From the NCBI GenBank assembly GCA_963771355.1, contig CAVYTA010000007.1, forward strand, positions 416,001 through 480,000: a stretch of DNA of 64,000 bases, given 5' to 3'. Source of the stretch: an uncultured Candidatus Rokubacteria bacterium. GTDB lineage: Bacteria; Methylomirabilota; Methylomirabilia; Rokubacteriales; CSP1-6. Within the stretch, counting starts at the first letter, position 1. The number at the start of each line of letters is the position of its first letter. A program made the position numbers and the translations under genes. Positions 39,350 to 48,460 of the stretch are shown here, one piece after another. The notes under the pieces are model-generated. The model searched no databases. It was not told the DNA's origin and saw only the letters and a list, made by a program, of their open reading frames with translations.

Positions 39350-40312
39350 ATGCGCCGCATCGTCGCGCTCGTGCTGGTGCTTCTCACCACGGCGGCCTTG
39401 CCCGCCGCCGCCCAGCAGTACCCCGATCGCCCGCTCACCGTGCTGACCGGCTATCCCGCCGGCGGCATGGTGGACATCGTGGCCCGGGCGCTCGCCGAGC
39501 CGCTGAAGAAGAAGTTTCCGAAGGGCATCGCCATCGTCACGCGCCCCGGCGCCGGCGGCTCGCTGGCCGTCTCGGAGCTGGTCCAGGCCAAGCCCGACGG
39601 CTACACCGTCATCCTGGCGCCGCTGTCGACCCTGGTCATCCACCCGCAGCTCAACGACCTGCCGTACAAGACCCCGGACGACTACGAGGCGATCATCAGC
39701 GTCGTCTCGTTCTACTCGCTCGTCACCGTGAAGGCGGATGCGCCGTGGAAGACCATCCAGGAGTTCGTCGCCGCGGGCAAGGCCAGCCCCGGCAAGCTGC
39801 GGGTGGGCTCGCCGGGCGAGGGCACCTCGAGCCATCTCAGCCTGGAGGAGCTGAAGCGTCTGGCCGGTGTCAACTTCACTCATGTCCCGTTCTCGGGTTG
39901 GGGGGAGACGAGCCCGGCCCTGCTCGGCGGGCATATCGAGGGTCTCGTGGCCCAGCCCGGCGAGGTGAAGCCGCTGGTGGAGGGCAAGAAGCTGCGCGTG
40001 CTGCTGACCTTCCAGCCCAAGCGCCACGAGGCGTTCCCGGACGCGCCCTCCGCGAAGGAGCTCGGCTGGGACGCAACGAACGCCGTCACGTTCATGGTCG
40101 TGGTGCCCAAGGGCACCCCGGGGCCCGTGCTCAGGTACCTCCACGACTCGGTGCGCGTGGCGATGGAGGATCCGCAGTTCGTCAATACCATCAAGCAGCG
40201 GGTGATCGAGATCGACTATCGCGCGGGGGACCAGCTCAAGGCGGATCTGTGGAAGGAGTACAAGTTCCACACCGAGATCCTCACGCGGCTCGGGATGATC
40301 AAGAAGAAGTAG
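39350..40312 (+). CDS. tctC: Tripartite tricarboxylate transporter binding protein (TctC/Bug)
   Basis: YPDRPL, PAGGMVDIVAR, PGAGG, KPDGYT, HVPFSG. Confidence 0.92.
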   Translation: MRRIVALVLVLLTTAALPAAAQQYPDRPLTVLTGYPAGGMVDIVARALAEPLKKKFPKGIAIVTRPGAGGSLAVSELVQAKPDGYTVILAPLSTLVIHPQLNDLPYKTPDDYEAIISVVSFYSLVTVKADAPWKTIQEFVAAGKASPGKLRVGSPGEGTSSHLSLEELKRLAGVNFTHVPFSGWGETSPALLGGHIEGLVAQPGEVKPLVEGKKLRVLLTFQPKRHEAFPDAPSAKELGWDATNAVTFMVVVPKGTPGPVLRYLHDSVRVAMEDPQFVNTIKQRVIEIDYRAGDQLKADLWKEYKFHTEILTRLGMIKKK

Positions 40313-40316
40313 CTCG

Positions 40317-40799
40317 ATGATCGAGCGGGTCCTCGCCCTGGCGCTCCTCGCGGCGAGCGGGGTGTACGTGGCGAATGCCTGGATGCTCCCGCTGGGCACC
40401 GCCGCCCGGCCGGGGGCGGGCTCCTATCCGCTCGGCGTCGGGATCTTCGGCGCCGCCGTCGCGCTCACCTGGGTGGTGATGGCGCTGCGGCGGGCGCCGG
40501 CCGGGCCCGCCGCGGAGCCCGCCGCCGAGCTCCTCGCCGAGCCGCGCGCGGCCCCCGTGAACCCGTCGGGAGGCGGGCGCGTTGCCATCACCGCCGGCCT
40601 GCTCATCGCCTTCTGCTGGCTCTTGCCCCTGGCGGGCTACCCCATCGCCGCCTTCCTCTTCGTGGCGCTCCTGCTCCGCGGGCTGGGCGCGGGCTGGGCG
40701 TCCGCCGGCCTGATCGCGCTCTGCACCGCCGGCGCCTCCCACTATGCGTTCGGCACGCTGCTCGGCGTCCCGCTGCCCGCCGGCGCCCTCTTCGGCTGA
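40317..40799 (+). CDS. tctB: TctB small membrane subunit
   Basis: PGAGSYP, 4-5 TM, FGTLLGVPLPAG; lies between tctC and tctA. Confidence 0.85.
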   Translation: MIERVLALALLAASGVYVANAWMLPLGTAARPGAGSYPLGVGIFGAAVALTWVVMALRRAPAGPAAEPAAELLAEPRAAPVNPSGGGRVAITAGLLIAFCWLLPLAGYPIAAFLFVALLLRGLGAGWASAGLIALCTAGASHYAFGTLLGVPLPAGALFG

Positions 40800-42310
40800 T
40801 GGGCCCCATCGACGGGCTGATCTATGGCTTCGGGATCGCGCTGCAGCCGGCGAATATCTTCGCCTGCTTCCTCGGCGTGCTCATCGGCACCGTCGTCGGC
40901 ATCCTGCCCGGCATCGGGCCGGTGGGCGCCATGGCGCTGCTCCTGCCCTCGACCTTCGCGATGCAACCGGCGACCGCCATCATCATGCTCGCCGGCATCT
41001 ACTACGGCGCCATGTATGGCGGCTCCACGACGTCGATCCTGGTGAACGTGCCGGGCGAGGCGGCCTCCGTGGTGACCGCGCTGGATGGCTATCAGATGAC
41101 CAAGCGGGGCCGCGCCGGCGCCGCGCTGGCGGTGGCCGGGGTGGGCTCCTTCGTCGCCGGCACGGTGGGCGTGGTGGGGATCGTGCTCGCCGCCTCCTGG
41201 CTCGCCGACCAGGCGCTCCGCTTCGGCCCGCCGGAGTTCTTCGCGATGGCGGCGGCGGGGCTGATGCTGCTCTCGCGTTTGAGCGGCGGCTCCGTGATGC
41301 ACGGGCTTCTCATGGTCGCCATCGGGCTCGCGCTGGGCACGGTGGGCATGGAGCCGATCTCGGCGGTCCGGCGCTTCACCTTCGGCTCCAACCAGCTCTC
41401 CCAGGGCATCGAGCTGGTGCCGGTGATCATGGGGCTCTTCGGCGTGGCCGAGGTGCTCCTCATCGCGGAGTCCGGCATCCGCCGGGCCAGTATCTACTCG
41501 GTGAAGCTCCGGGAGCTGCTGCCCACGCGGGCCGAGTGGCGCCGCTCGGCTGCGCCCATCGCGCGGGGCTCCGTCGTCGGCTTCGTCACCGGTCTGGTGC
41601 CGGGCCCGGCCACCGTGCTCGCGACCTTCATCTCGTATGCTCTCGAGCGGCGCGTGTCGAAGCACCCGGAGGAGTTCGGCAAGGGGGCCATCGAGGGCGT
41701 GGCAGGCCCCGAGGCCGCGAACAATGCCGCCACCGCCGGCGCCATGGTCCCCCTCCTCTCCCTGGGCATCCCGTTCTCGCCGGCCACCGCCATCCTCCTC
41801 GGCGCGCTGGTCATCTCCGGCATCCAGCCCGGTCCACTCCTCATCAGCCAGCGGCCGGAGGTGTTCTGGGGCGTGGTGGCCAGCATGTACGTGGGCAATG
41901 CGATCCTGCTCATCCTCAACCTGCCCCTGGTAGGGCTCTTCGTGAGCGTGCTGCGGCTGCCTCAGCACGTGCTCGCCACCCTCGTCCTGCTCCTGTGTCT
42001 GGTGGGAGCCTTCAGCCTGAACAACAGCCAGCTCGATCTCTGGGTGCTGGTCATCTTCGGGATCTTCGGGTACGGGCTGCGCAAGCTCGCCATCGACCCC
42101 TCGCCGCTCGTGGTCGCCCTCGTCCTCGGGCCCATCATGGAAAAGACCCTGCGCCAGGCGCTCTTCATGGAGCGGGGCGATGTATTGTCGCTGGTGGGGC
42201 GACCGCTGACGGCCACGCTCTTGCTCCTGGGCGTGCTCGCCCTCGTCGGTCCGCCCCTGGCCCGGCTCCTGCGCGGCCGGCGCGCGAGCCACATGGAGAT
42301 TGCGCGATGA
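40799..42310 (+). CDS. tctA: TctA permease
   Basis: GILPGIG, GAMYGGS, VAGPEAANNA, GIQPGP. Confidence 0.95.
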   Translation: MGPIDGLIYGFGIALQPANIFACFLGVLIGTVVGILPGIGPVGAMALLLPSTFAMQPATAIIMLAGIYYGAMYGGSTTSILVNVPGEAASVVTALDGYQMTKRGRAGAALAVAGVGSFVAGTVGVVGIVLAASWLADQALRFGPPEFFAMAAAGLMLLSRLSGGSVMHGLLMVAIGLALGTVGMEPISAVRRFTFGSNQLSQGIELVPVIMGLFGVAEVLLIAESGIRRASIYSVKLRELLPTRAEWRRSAAPIARGSVVGFVTGLVPGPATVLATFISYALERRVSKHPEEFGKGAIEGVAGPEAANNAATAGAMVPLLSLGIPFSPATAILLGALVISGIQPGPLLISQRPEVFWGVVASMYVGNAILLILNLPLVGLFVSVLRLPQHVLATLVLLLCLVGAFSLNNSQLDLWVLVIFGIFGYGLRKLAIDPSPLVVALVLGPIMEKTLRQALFMERGDVLSLVGRPLTATLLLLGVLALVGPPLARLLRGRRASHMEIAR

Positions 42311-42483
42311 AGAACGTGGACATGAAGGTGAACGGCGACATTCTCACCATCACCGTGGACCTCTCGAAGGAGTTCGGTCCCTCCTCGTCGGGGAAGACCA
42401 TCATCATCGCCTCGACGGAGGGGAACGTCAGCGTGCCGGAGCGCGAGGTGAAGGTGGGGCTGAACGTCTACCGGAAGAAGTGA
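42307..42483 (+). CDS. Conserved-looking 58-aa hypothetical protein
   Basis: ATGA overlap, GGAG RBS; MKNVDMKVNGDILTITVDLSKEFGPSSSGKTIIIASTEGNVSV...GLNVYRKK. Confidence 0.8.
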   Translation: MKNVDMKVNGDILTITVDLSKEFGPSSSGKTIIIASTEGNVSVPEREVKVGLNVYRKK

Positions 42484-42494
42484 GGGGCGGGGGC

Positions 42495-42782
42495 TCAGCC
42501 GACGACGACGGAGGGGATGGGCAGACGGTCGCGGGTCTTGATGCCGATGCCACGCGGGCTCACGTGGCGAACCTCCCCCACGGTGATGAAGGGCTCGCCC
42601 ATCTCCGCCACCAGCTCCAGCCGATAGGCCCGGCCCACCCGGAGCGCGGCCGTCGGGGCCGTCGCCAGGCAGATGCCGTGCTCGCTCACGTCGATGGTGT
42701 TCCCCACGATGATCTCGTCCGGAGTCCAGAGCCGACCCGCCCAGGTGGCGAGGATGCGGGGATCACGGCGGCGTTCGTCCAT
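42495..42782 (-). CDS. Stand-alone PilZ domain protein
   Basis: RRDPR (RxxxR) and DVSEHG (DxSxxG). Confidence 0.8.
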   Translation of the reverse strand: MDERRRDPRILATWAGRLWTPDEIIVGNTIDVSEHGICLATAPTAALRVGRAYRLELVAEMGEPFITVGEVRHVSPRGIGIKTRDRLPIPSVVVG

Positions 42783-42932
42783 GGGAGGTAGCTCAGCACG
42801 CCCGGGTCGCCAGCGCAAGGCCGGACCGAGACCGACGGGCTGCGGTACACTCCCCTACGCCGGGGGCGATCGCGGGACCGGGTCGCCCGCCGGGTGGGGA
42901 CCACTCCTACGTGCCAACCGGGAGGAGATGCC

Positions 42933-43358
42933 ATGAGCGATACCGCGCAGCGCTTCAGCGCCAGCCTGGCCAAGGACGCGGTGTACACGCCGGGACTGCG
43001 CAGCTTCATGGAATATCGCGACCTGGGCGTCGCCGACGCCACTCACGGGCAATTCCGCGCCCACGTGGTCCGGATCAAGAAGGAGGCCGCCGGCGATCAC
43101 GACCTCCACACCACCGGGCTCCATCGGCATCTCTGCGACTTCCAGATGTTCTACGTGCTGAAGGGGTGGATCCGGTTCGTCTACGAGGGGCACGGGGAGC
43201 ACCGCTTCGGGCCGGGGGACTGCGTGGTCCAGCCGGCGGGCATCGTGCACAACGAGCTGGACTGCTCCGACGACCTCGAGCTGCTGGAGATCTACTCGCC
43301 CGCCGTGCACCAGACGGTCAAGGCCGAGACGATCGCCACCGCGGCCGCGGCTCGGTAG
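42933..43358 (+). CDS. Cupin domain protein
   Basis: HRHLCDFQMFYVLKGW, QPAGIVHNE. Confidence 0.88.
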   Translation: MSDTAQRFSASLAKDAVYTPGLRSFMEYRDLGVADATHGQFRAHVVRIKKEAAGDHDLHTTGLHRHLCDFQMFYVLKGWIRFVYEGHGEHRFGPGDCVVQPAGIVHNELDCSDDLELLEIYSPAVHQTVKAETIATAAAAR

Positions 43359-43367
43359 GCGACCCCC

Positions 43368-43910
43368 ATGGCCCGACTGCCCGATCCGCTCGACACGCTG
43401 GCCCCCGACGCCAAGCGCATCTACGACAAGATCAGCGCCAAGCGCGGCGCCATCCGGGGTCCTTTCGCTTCCCTCATGCACCACCCGACCCTCGCCGAGC
43501 GCGTGGGGGATCTCGGCGAGTTCCTCCGCTTCGACTCGTCTCTCCCCGGCGACATCCGCGAGCTGGCCATTCTCATCACCGCCCGCGCGGTGAGCCAGAC
43601 CTTCGAGTGGTACGCCCACGCCAAGATCGCGCGCACGGAGAAGCTGCCCGACGACGTGATCGAGCGGGTGCGCACCCGTGGGGATCTCGGCGCGCTGCCC
43701 GCGCGCTACCTCAAGCCGGCCCGGGTGGTCCAGCACGTGCTGGCCTTCGAGTCCATTCCCCAGGCGCTCCAGGACGAGGTCAAGGGAGAGCTCGGGATGA
43801 GCGGGCTCATGGAGCTGGTGGTGCTGGCGGGCCACTATCGCCTGATCGCGGGCGTGCTCTTCGCCTTCGACACCCCGCTGCCGCCGGGCGAGCCTCAGCC
43901 ATTCGCGTGA
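43368..43910 (+). CDS. Carboxymuconolactone decarboxylase/AhpD-like protein
   Basis: GPFASLMHHP, RELAILITAR, FEWYAH. Confidence 0.85.
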   Translation: MARLPDPLDTLAPDAKRIYDKISAKRGAIRGPFASLMHHPTLAERVGDLGEFLRFDSSLPGDIRELAILITARAVSQTFEWYAHAKIARTEKLPDDVIERVRTRGDLGALPARYLKPARVVQHVLAFESIPQALQDEVKGELGMSGLMELVVLAGHYRLIAGVLFAFDTPLPPGEPQPFA

Positions 43911-43923
43911 CGAGGGGCTGAAG

Positions 43924-44253
43924 GTGGAGGAGCGCGACCGCATCGCGGAGTTCAAGGAAGTGGCCGAGATCATGCCGGACGATCCGGTCGTCCGGTTCGG
44001 CCTGGCGGGCGCGTACCTCGAGGCCGGGCAGGCGGAGAACGCCGTCCTCGAATACGCGGAGACGATCCGGCTCAAGCCGGACTACTCGGCCGCCCATCGT
44101 GGACTCGGCCGGGCGCTGGAGCGGGCCGGACGCTCCGAGGAGGCCCAGGCCGCGTACCGAACCGGGCTGGAGGTGGCCACGCGGACCGGCGACCTCCAGA
44201 CGAAGAAGGAGATCGAGGTCTTCCTGCGCCGCCTGGATTCCGGCGGCGGCTGA
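43924..44253 (+). CDS. TPR protein
   Basis: PDDPVVRFGLA, PDYSAAHRGLGRAL. Confidence 0.85.
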   Translation: MEERDRIAEFKEVAEIMPDDPVVRFGLAGAYLEAGQAENAVLEYAETIRLKPDYSAAHRGLGRALERAGRSEEAQAAYRTGLEVATRTGDLQTKKEIEVFLRRLDSGGG

Positions 44254-44272
44254 GCAGGCCGGAGGAGACCCC

Positions 44273-45064
44273 ATGCAACCGAACCGGGTGAAGCGGATCC
44301 TGCGCGAGGGCGGCCTCGCGCTGGGGACCTACGTGGGCGGCATCGCCGATCCGCAGATCGTCGAGATCATCGGGCATGCCGGCTACGATGCGGCCTTCAT
44401 CGACATGGAGCACACGAGCTTCGACCTGCGGGACGTGCAGCTCATGGTGCTGGCCGCCGAGCGGGTGGGTATCACGCCCATCGTCCGCACGCCGGGCTTC
44501 GATCCCGCCTTCATCCTGCGACTGCTCGACATGGGAGTGCAGGGCATCCAGGTGCCGCACATCAATGACGCGCGCGCGGCCCGCGCGGCGGTGGCGGCGG
44601 TGCGTTACGCGCCCCTGGGCGACCGGGGGATGGCCGGCGCCAGCCGGGCCTCGGACTACGGCAGGGTCCCGATGGCGGAGCACATGGCCCAGTCCAACCG
44701 GGAGATCACGCTGGCGGTGATGGTCGAGGACCTGCCCGCGCTGGACGAGATCGACGCCATCGCCGCCACCGACGGCCTCGACATCGTCGCGGTGGGGCCG
44801 TCCGACATGTCGCGCGCGCTGGGGGTGGGCGGCACCGCCGATCACCCGAAGCTGCGCGCCGCGGTGGACCGGGTGGCGGAGGCGGTGCGCAAGGGCGGGG
44901 TGGCGCGCCTCGCCCTGCCCATGAACCACCCCACCTTGCCGCGCAATGCGGCCCAGCTGCGGGAGCTGGGGGTGGGCTACACCAACTGCGCGCCCGCTCC
45001 CGAGGTGCGCATGCTCAGGTCCATGCAGGCCCAGGTGGCGGAGGCGCGCGCGCTGCTCGGCTGA
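44273..45064 (+). CDS. HpcH/HpaI aldolase family
   Basis: FIDMEH, LLDMGVQGIQVPHI, MVED, VGPSDMS. Confidence 0.92.
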   Translation: MQPNRVKRILREGGLALGTYVGGIADPQIVEIIGHAGYDAAFIDMEHTSFDLRDVQLMVLAAERVGITPIVRTPGFDPAFILRLLDMGVQGIQVPHINDARAARAAVAAVRYAPLGDRGMAGASRASDYGRVPMAEHMAQSNREITLAVMVEDLPALDEIDAIAATDGLDIVAVGPSDMSRALGVGGTADHPKLRAAVDRVAEAVRKGGVARLALPMNHPTLPRNAAQLRELGVGYTNCAPAPEVRMLRSMQAQVAEARALLG

Positions 45065-45101
45065 GGCGGTTTGCGGGCGCGGGGGTGCGGGGCGCCCGGA
45101 G

Positions 45102-45950
45102 CTAGAGCCCCACCGTCTTCGCGATGCGCTCGAGCTCCGCGCCCATCTCGGCGTCGGTCTTCACCGTGGCCGGCCGCACGATGACGCGATTGGCGCCGGC
45201 GTCGAGCAGGCGGCGGATCAGGTCGCGGTCGGCGGGCTGGCCGTGCACCGAGATGGTGATGGCGCCGGGATCACGGCCCGCGTCCTTCGCGAGTCGATCC
45301 AGGGTGGCCCGGCTCTCGCGGAGCTGGTCCGGCGTGGTGCGATTCGGCAGCCATCCGTCGCCCCAGGCCACCACGCGCTCCAGCACGCGCTTGGCGCCGC
45401 CGCCGAGAATCACCGGCGGGTGCGGCTTCTGCGCCGGCTTGGGATAGGAGCGGACGGGCGGGAAGTTGTAGTAGCGGCCGTGGAACTCGGCCTCGGGCTT
45501 GGTCCACAGTTCCTTCATGGCCAGGACCGACTCCCGCGTCTGCGTCCAGCGGTGGTCGAAATCCCCGCCCATGATCTCGGTCTCCTCCCGGAGCCATCCC
45601 GCGCCGATGCCGAAGAGGAATCGGCCGCCGCTGAAGTGATCGAGCGTGGACACTTCCTTGGCGAGGAGCAGCGGGTGCCGCTCGGGAACGAGCACGATGC
45701 CGGTCCCCAGCTTGATGCGCGTCGTGGTCCCCGAGGCCCGCGCCAGCGCGACGAAGGGATCGACGAAGTGGGAATAGCTCTCGGGGATGACGCCGTCGTC
45801 CGAGCCGGGGAAGCGGCTGGCCGAGCGCACCGGGATGAACGGATGCTCGGCGCACCAGAAGGACTCGAAGCCGAGCGCCTCGGCCTTGCCCGCCATGGCG
45901 CCCACGTCGACCAGATAAGCGGGCAGGGGAACCGCGACCCCGACGTTCAT
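45102..45950 (-). CDS. LLM-class (putative F420-dependent) oxidoreductase
   Basis: GFESFWCAEH, SGGRFLFGIGAGWLREE, PKPAQKPHPP, WGDGW. Confidence 0.9.
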   Translation of the reverse strand: MNVGVAVPLPAYLVDVGAMAGKAEALGFESFWCAEHPFIPVRSASRFPGSDDGVIPESYSHFVDPFVALARASGTTTRIKLGTGIVLVPERHPLLLAKEVSTLDHFSGGRFLFGIGAGWLREETEIMGGDFDHRWTQTRESVLAMKELWTKPEAEFHGRYYNFPPVRSYPKPAQKPHPPVILGGGAKRVLERVVAWGDGWLPNRTTPDQLRESRATLDRLAKDAGRDPGAITISVHGQPADRDLIRRLLDAGANRVIVRPATVKTDAEMGAELERIAKTVGL

Positions 45951-47548
45951 GCCCACTCCTCGCGGAGGCCGAGGGCCTCCAGGTAGCGGCGATACGGCTC
46001 GAGGGTGTCGCCGTACTTCTGGTGGCCCGCGGTGTGCTGGGCGCAGGCGAGCAGGAGCCGTTCGCGGTCGCCGTGCGGGTTGCGCCGGTAGTCGTCCAGC
46101 AGGCAGAGCGCGATCTCCTGGTTGTGCGTGTCGTTGCCGTGCTTGAGCGCGTCGAGCGCCAGCACGCTCACCAGGCGCGCGCGGTCATGGCCGCCCGCGA
46201 GATAGGCGCGGGTCCACGCGACGCTCTCGGGCGCCTTCATCGCGACCTGGGCGGCGTCCAGCCGGTGGAGGATCTCGTCGGCGGACAGGCCGTCGCTGCC
46301 CATCGGCGCGCGGGTGTCGACCTTGCCGTTGCGCGGGGTGGCGCGCAGCCAGTGGGCGACCTGGCAGATGAACGAGCCCGCCACGTAGAGGAGCTTGAGC
46401 CGGTGCGGGTGCTCGAAGGTGTTGAGGAACCAGCGCAGCGTATTCGAGTACTGGAAGCAGTGCTGGGGCCCCGAGAAGTCGCGGCCGTCGGTGGTGTCGA
46501 GGAGGAGATCGGCGATGGCGATCTGCATGGTATCGAGGATGTGCAGGGGAGCCTTGCCGGCCTGGAGAAGCGCGGTGATCGCCTCGATGTAGGCCGGCTC
46601 GGGCGCCCGGAGGGCCTCGATCAGGCCCTGCGCCTCCGCGGGCGTCAGCGGTGCGCGGTTGGCGAGGAAGCGCTCCTCGCAGACGACCGACGGGCTCGCC
46701 TCCAGCGAGGACTGGTTGCGGTGCTCGTCGTCGGCGAGATCGACCCAGCTCACCTGGCAGGCCATCTCGTAGGCGGAGTGCCAGCGCGGTCCCACCGCCA
46801 TGTCCAGCGCGCCCGCATAGACCACGTCGTGCGCGTCATCCCAGCCCACCGCGTTGCCGACGTCGATGGTGGCGCGGGCGCGGTAGGACTTGTGGCCGGT
46901 GGTGTAGGAGCGGTTGTAGAGCATCCGGTCCTGCACGTCGATGAGCCCGGCGAAGGCGAGCTGCGCGAAGAGCTCGCGATGGTGCTCGCGCGCCTCGAAG
47001 AGGCCCAGGAAGACGCGATAGGCCTCGATCACCTGGCCCTGCTGCACCAGGGTGAGCCAGTGGTCGAGCCCGTCCTGGTAGGGACCGTCCAGGCGGTGCG
47101 GGGCCTGGTCCGCCCAGTGCGCGACGGGGGCGGGGAAGGGCGGCGTCTTGCTGCCCTTCCAGGTCCGGCGGCCGTAGTGGCCCGGCGCGCCGCCGAGCAG
47201 CTGGTTCCACTGATCCAGCGCGGTGGGCACGTACCAGACCGTCTGGGCCATCGGCAGGTAGGCCAGCTCCGGCGCGACGAAGGCGGGCAGGAACAGACTC
47301 GACCGCGTGCTCAGGAGGCAGTGGTCGTTGTTGACGAAGCGGAAGAAGCCGCGGTCGACCCGCTGGTGATACGGCACGTGGGTGTAGGGGGCGTGGATCC
47401 GTACCGTCTCGCGGGCGATCTCGGGGAGCGGCCGGCCGGCCTTGATCAGCTCGTGGAAGACGCCGGTCGCCCCGACCTGATCCCGGGCCAGGTAGCGGTC
47501 TTCCAGCTTTCCGTACAGCGCGGCGGCTCCGTTTCCCGCGTTCGCCAT
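45947..47548 (-). CDS. Hypothetical 533-aa helical protein with recurring His motifs
   Basis: Long ORF with RBS GGAGGT; NNDHCLL, TGHKSY, PQHCFQY, DTHNQE. Confidence 0.8.
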   Translation of the reverse strand: MANAGNGAAALYGKLEDRYLARDQVGATGVFHELIKAGRPLPEIARETVRIHAPYTHVPYHQRVDRGFFRFVNNDHCLLSTRSSLFLPAFVAPELAYLPMAQTVWYVPTALDQWNQLLGGAPGHYGRRTWKGSKTPPFPAPVAHWADQAPHRLDGPYQDGLDHWLTLVQQGQVIEAYRVFLGLFEAREHHRELFAQLAFAGLIDVQDRMLYNRSYTTGHKSYRARATIDVGNAVGWDDAHDVVYAGALDMAVGPRWHSAYEMACQVSWVDLADDEHRNQSSLEASPSVVCEERFLANRAPLTPAEAQGLIEALRAPEPAYIEAITALLQAGKAPLHILDTMQIAIADLLLDTTDGRDFSGPQHCFQYSNTLRWFLNTFEHPHRLKLLYVAGSFICQVAHWLRATPRNGKVDTRAPMGSDGLSADEILHRLDAAQVAMKAPESVAWTRAYLAGGHDRARLVSVLALDALKHGNDTHNQEIALCLLDDYRRNPHGDRERLLLACAQHTAGHQKYGDTLEPYRRYLEALGLREEWA

Positions 47549-47614
47549 GTGGGTGACCTCCGTTGGTCGGCTGCGGTCACCATACCCCCGCCCACCGATA
47601 GGGTCCAGTCCCTC

Positions 47615-48376
47615 TTACGTGCCCCCGACGGTCAGCTTCTCGTACAGCGCGCTGAGGATCTCGTCCACCGCCGCCGCCCCCCACAGGTCGAAGAAGGCCG
47701 AGCCCTGGAGCGCCACGAATTCTCGCCCGGCCCGCTCCTGCGCCTGCGCCGCGCTCTCGCCGGGCCGGGCGCGGCCCTGGTGCCCCCGGACGAGGTCCTT
47801 GTGGTAGATGGCGGGATACTCGACGTATCGATGGAGCTCGCGGAAGTCCCGCGTGTAGAACACCGCCACCGGGATCGATGCCCACTCGCCGCCGTTCTTC
47901 GCGTTGAGGAACTGCAGCATCAGGTCGTGGTTACCGTCAGGGGACGCGGCGGGATCGGGTCGTCGCGTGCCGAGAATCTTCTGGCCGTCGCGATTGAAGA
48001 TGCGGAGCTCGAGCCCGCCGGCCTCGGCCAGCCGCGCGAGCATGGGCACGTCGCGCCGGCAGTCGGACGACCAGTCTTCCGAGATGACCAGGATCCGGGC
48101 GGGGCCGTCGGGCTGGGCGGCGAGCCACTTCACCGCGGCGACCTGCGGCTCGCTGAGCCGCGCGCGCGCATGGCGGTCGCGGAAGACCGCGCTCTGGTCC
48201 CGGCGGGGAGCGCCGAAGGACCCGCCGTCGGGGAGATAGCCGCCGAAGGCCTCGCGGCCGAGATTGTCCGCGCTGCCGACATAGGCGACGTAGTCCTCGA
48301 AGGTCATGCCCTGGGCATACCGCTCGGGGGTCAGGGGAGCGGTTTCCTCCGGCGCGCGACCGTCCGGGACCGGCAT
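47615..48376 (-). CDS. Thioredoxin-fold protein (Thioredoxin_9-like) with SxxC site
   Basis: ILVISEDWSSDCRRDVP and cis-Pro SIPV. Confidence 0.8.
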   Translation of the reverse strand: MPVPDGRAPEETAPLTPERYAQGMTFEDYVAYVGSADNLGREAFGGYLPDGGSFGAPRRDQSAVFRDRHARARLSEPQVAAVKWLAAQPDGPARILVISEDWSSDCRRDVPMLARLAEAGGLELRIFNRDGQKILGTRRPDPAASPDGNHDLMLQFLNAKNGGEWASIPVAVFYTRDFRELHRYVEYPAIYHKDLVRGHQGRARPGESAAQAQERAGREFVALQGSAFFDLWGAAAVDEILSALYEKLTVGGT

Positions 48377-48460
48377 GGCGCCGATAGTGCGCTCGCGCTC
48401 CCGTCCCCGTCAAGGCGGCCCGGTTGACTTTGCCGCCGAGGGCGGGGCACGATCCGGGGC

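Noticed and set aside
48058..48075. Selenocysteine at the thioredoxin active site
   Set aside because: The codon is TCG (Ser), not TGA.
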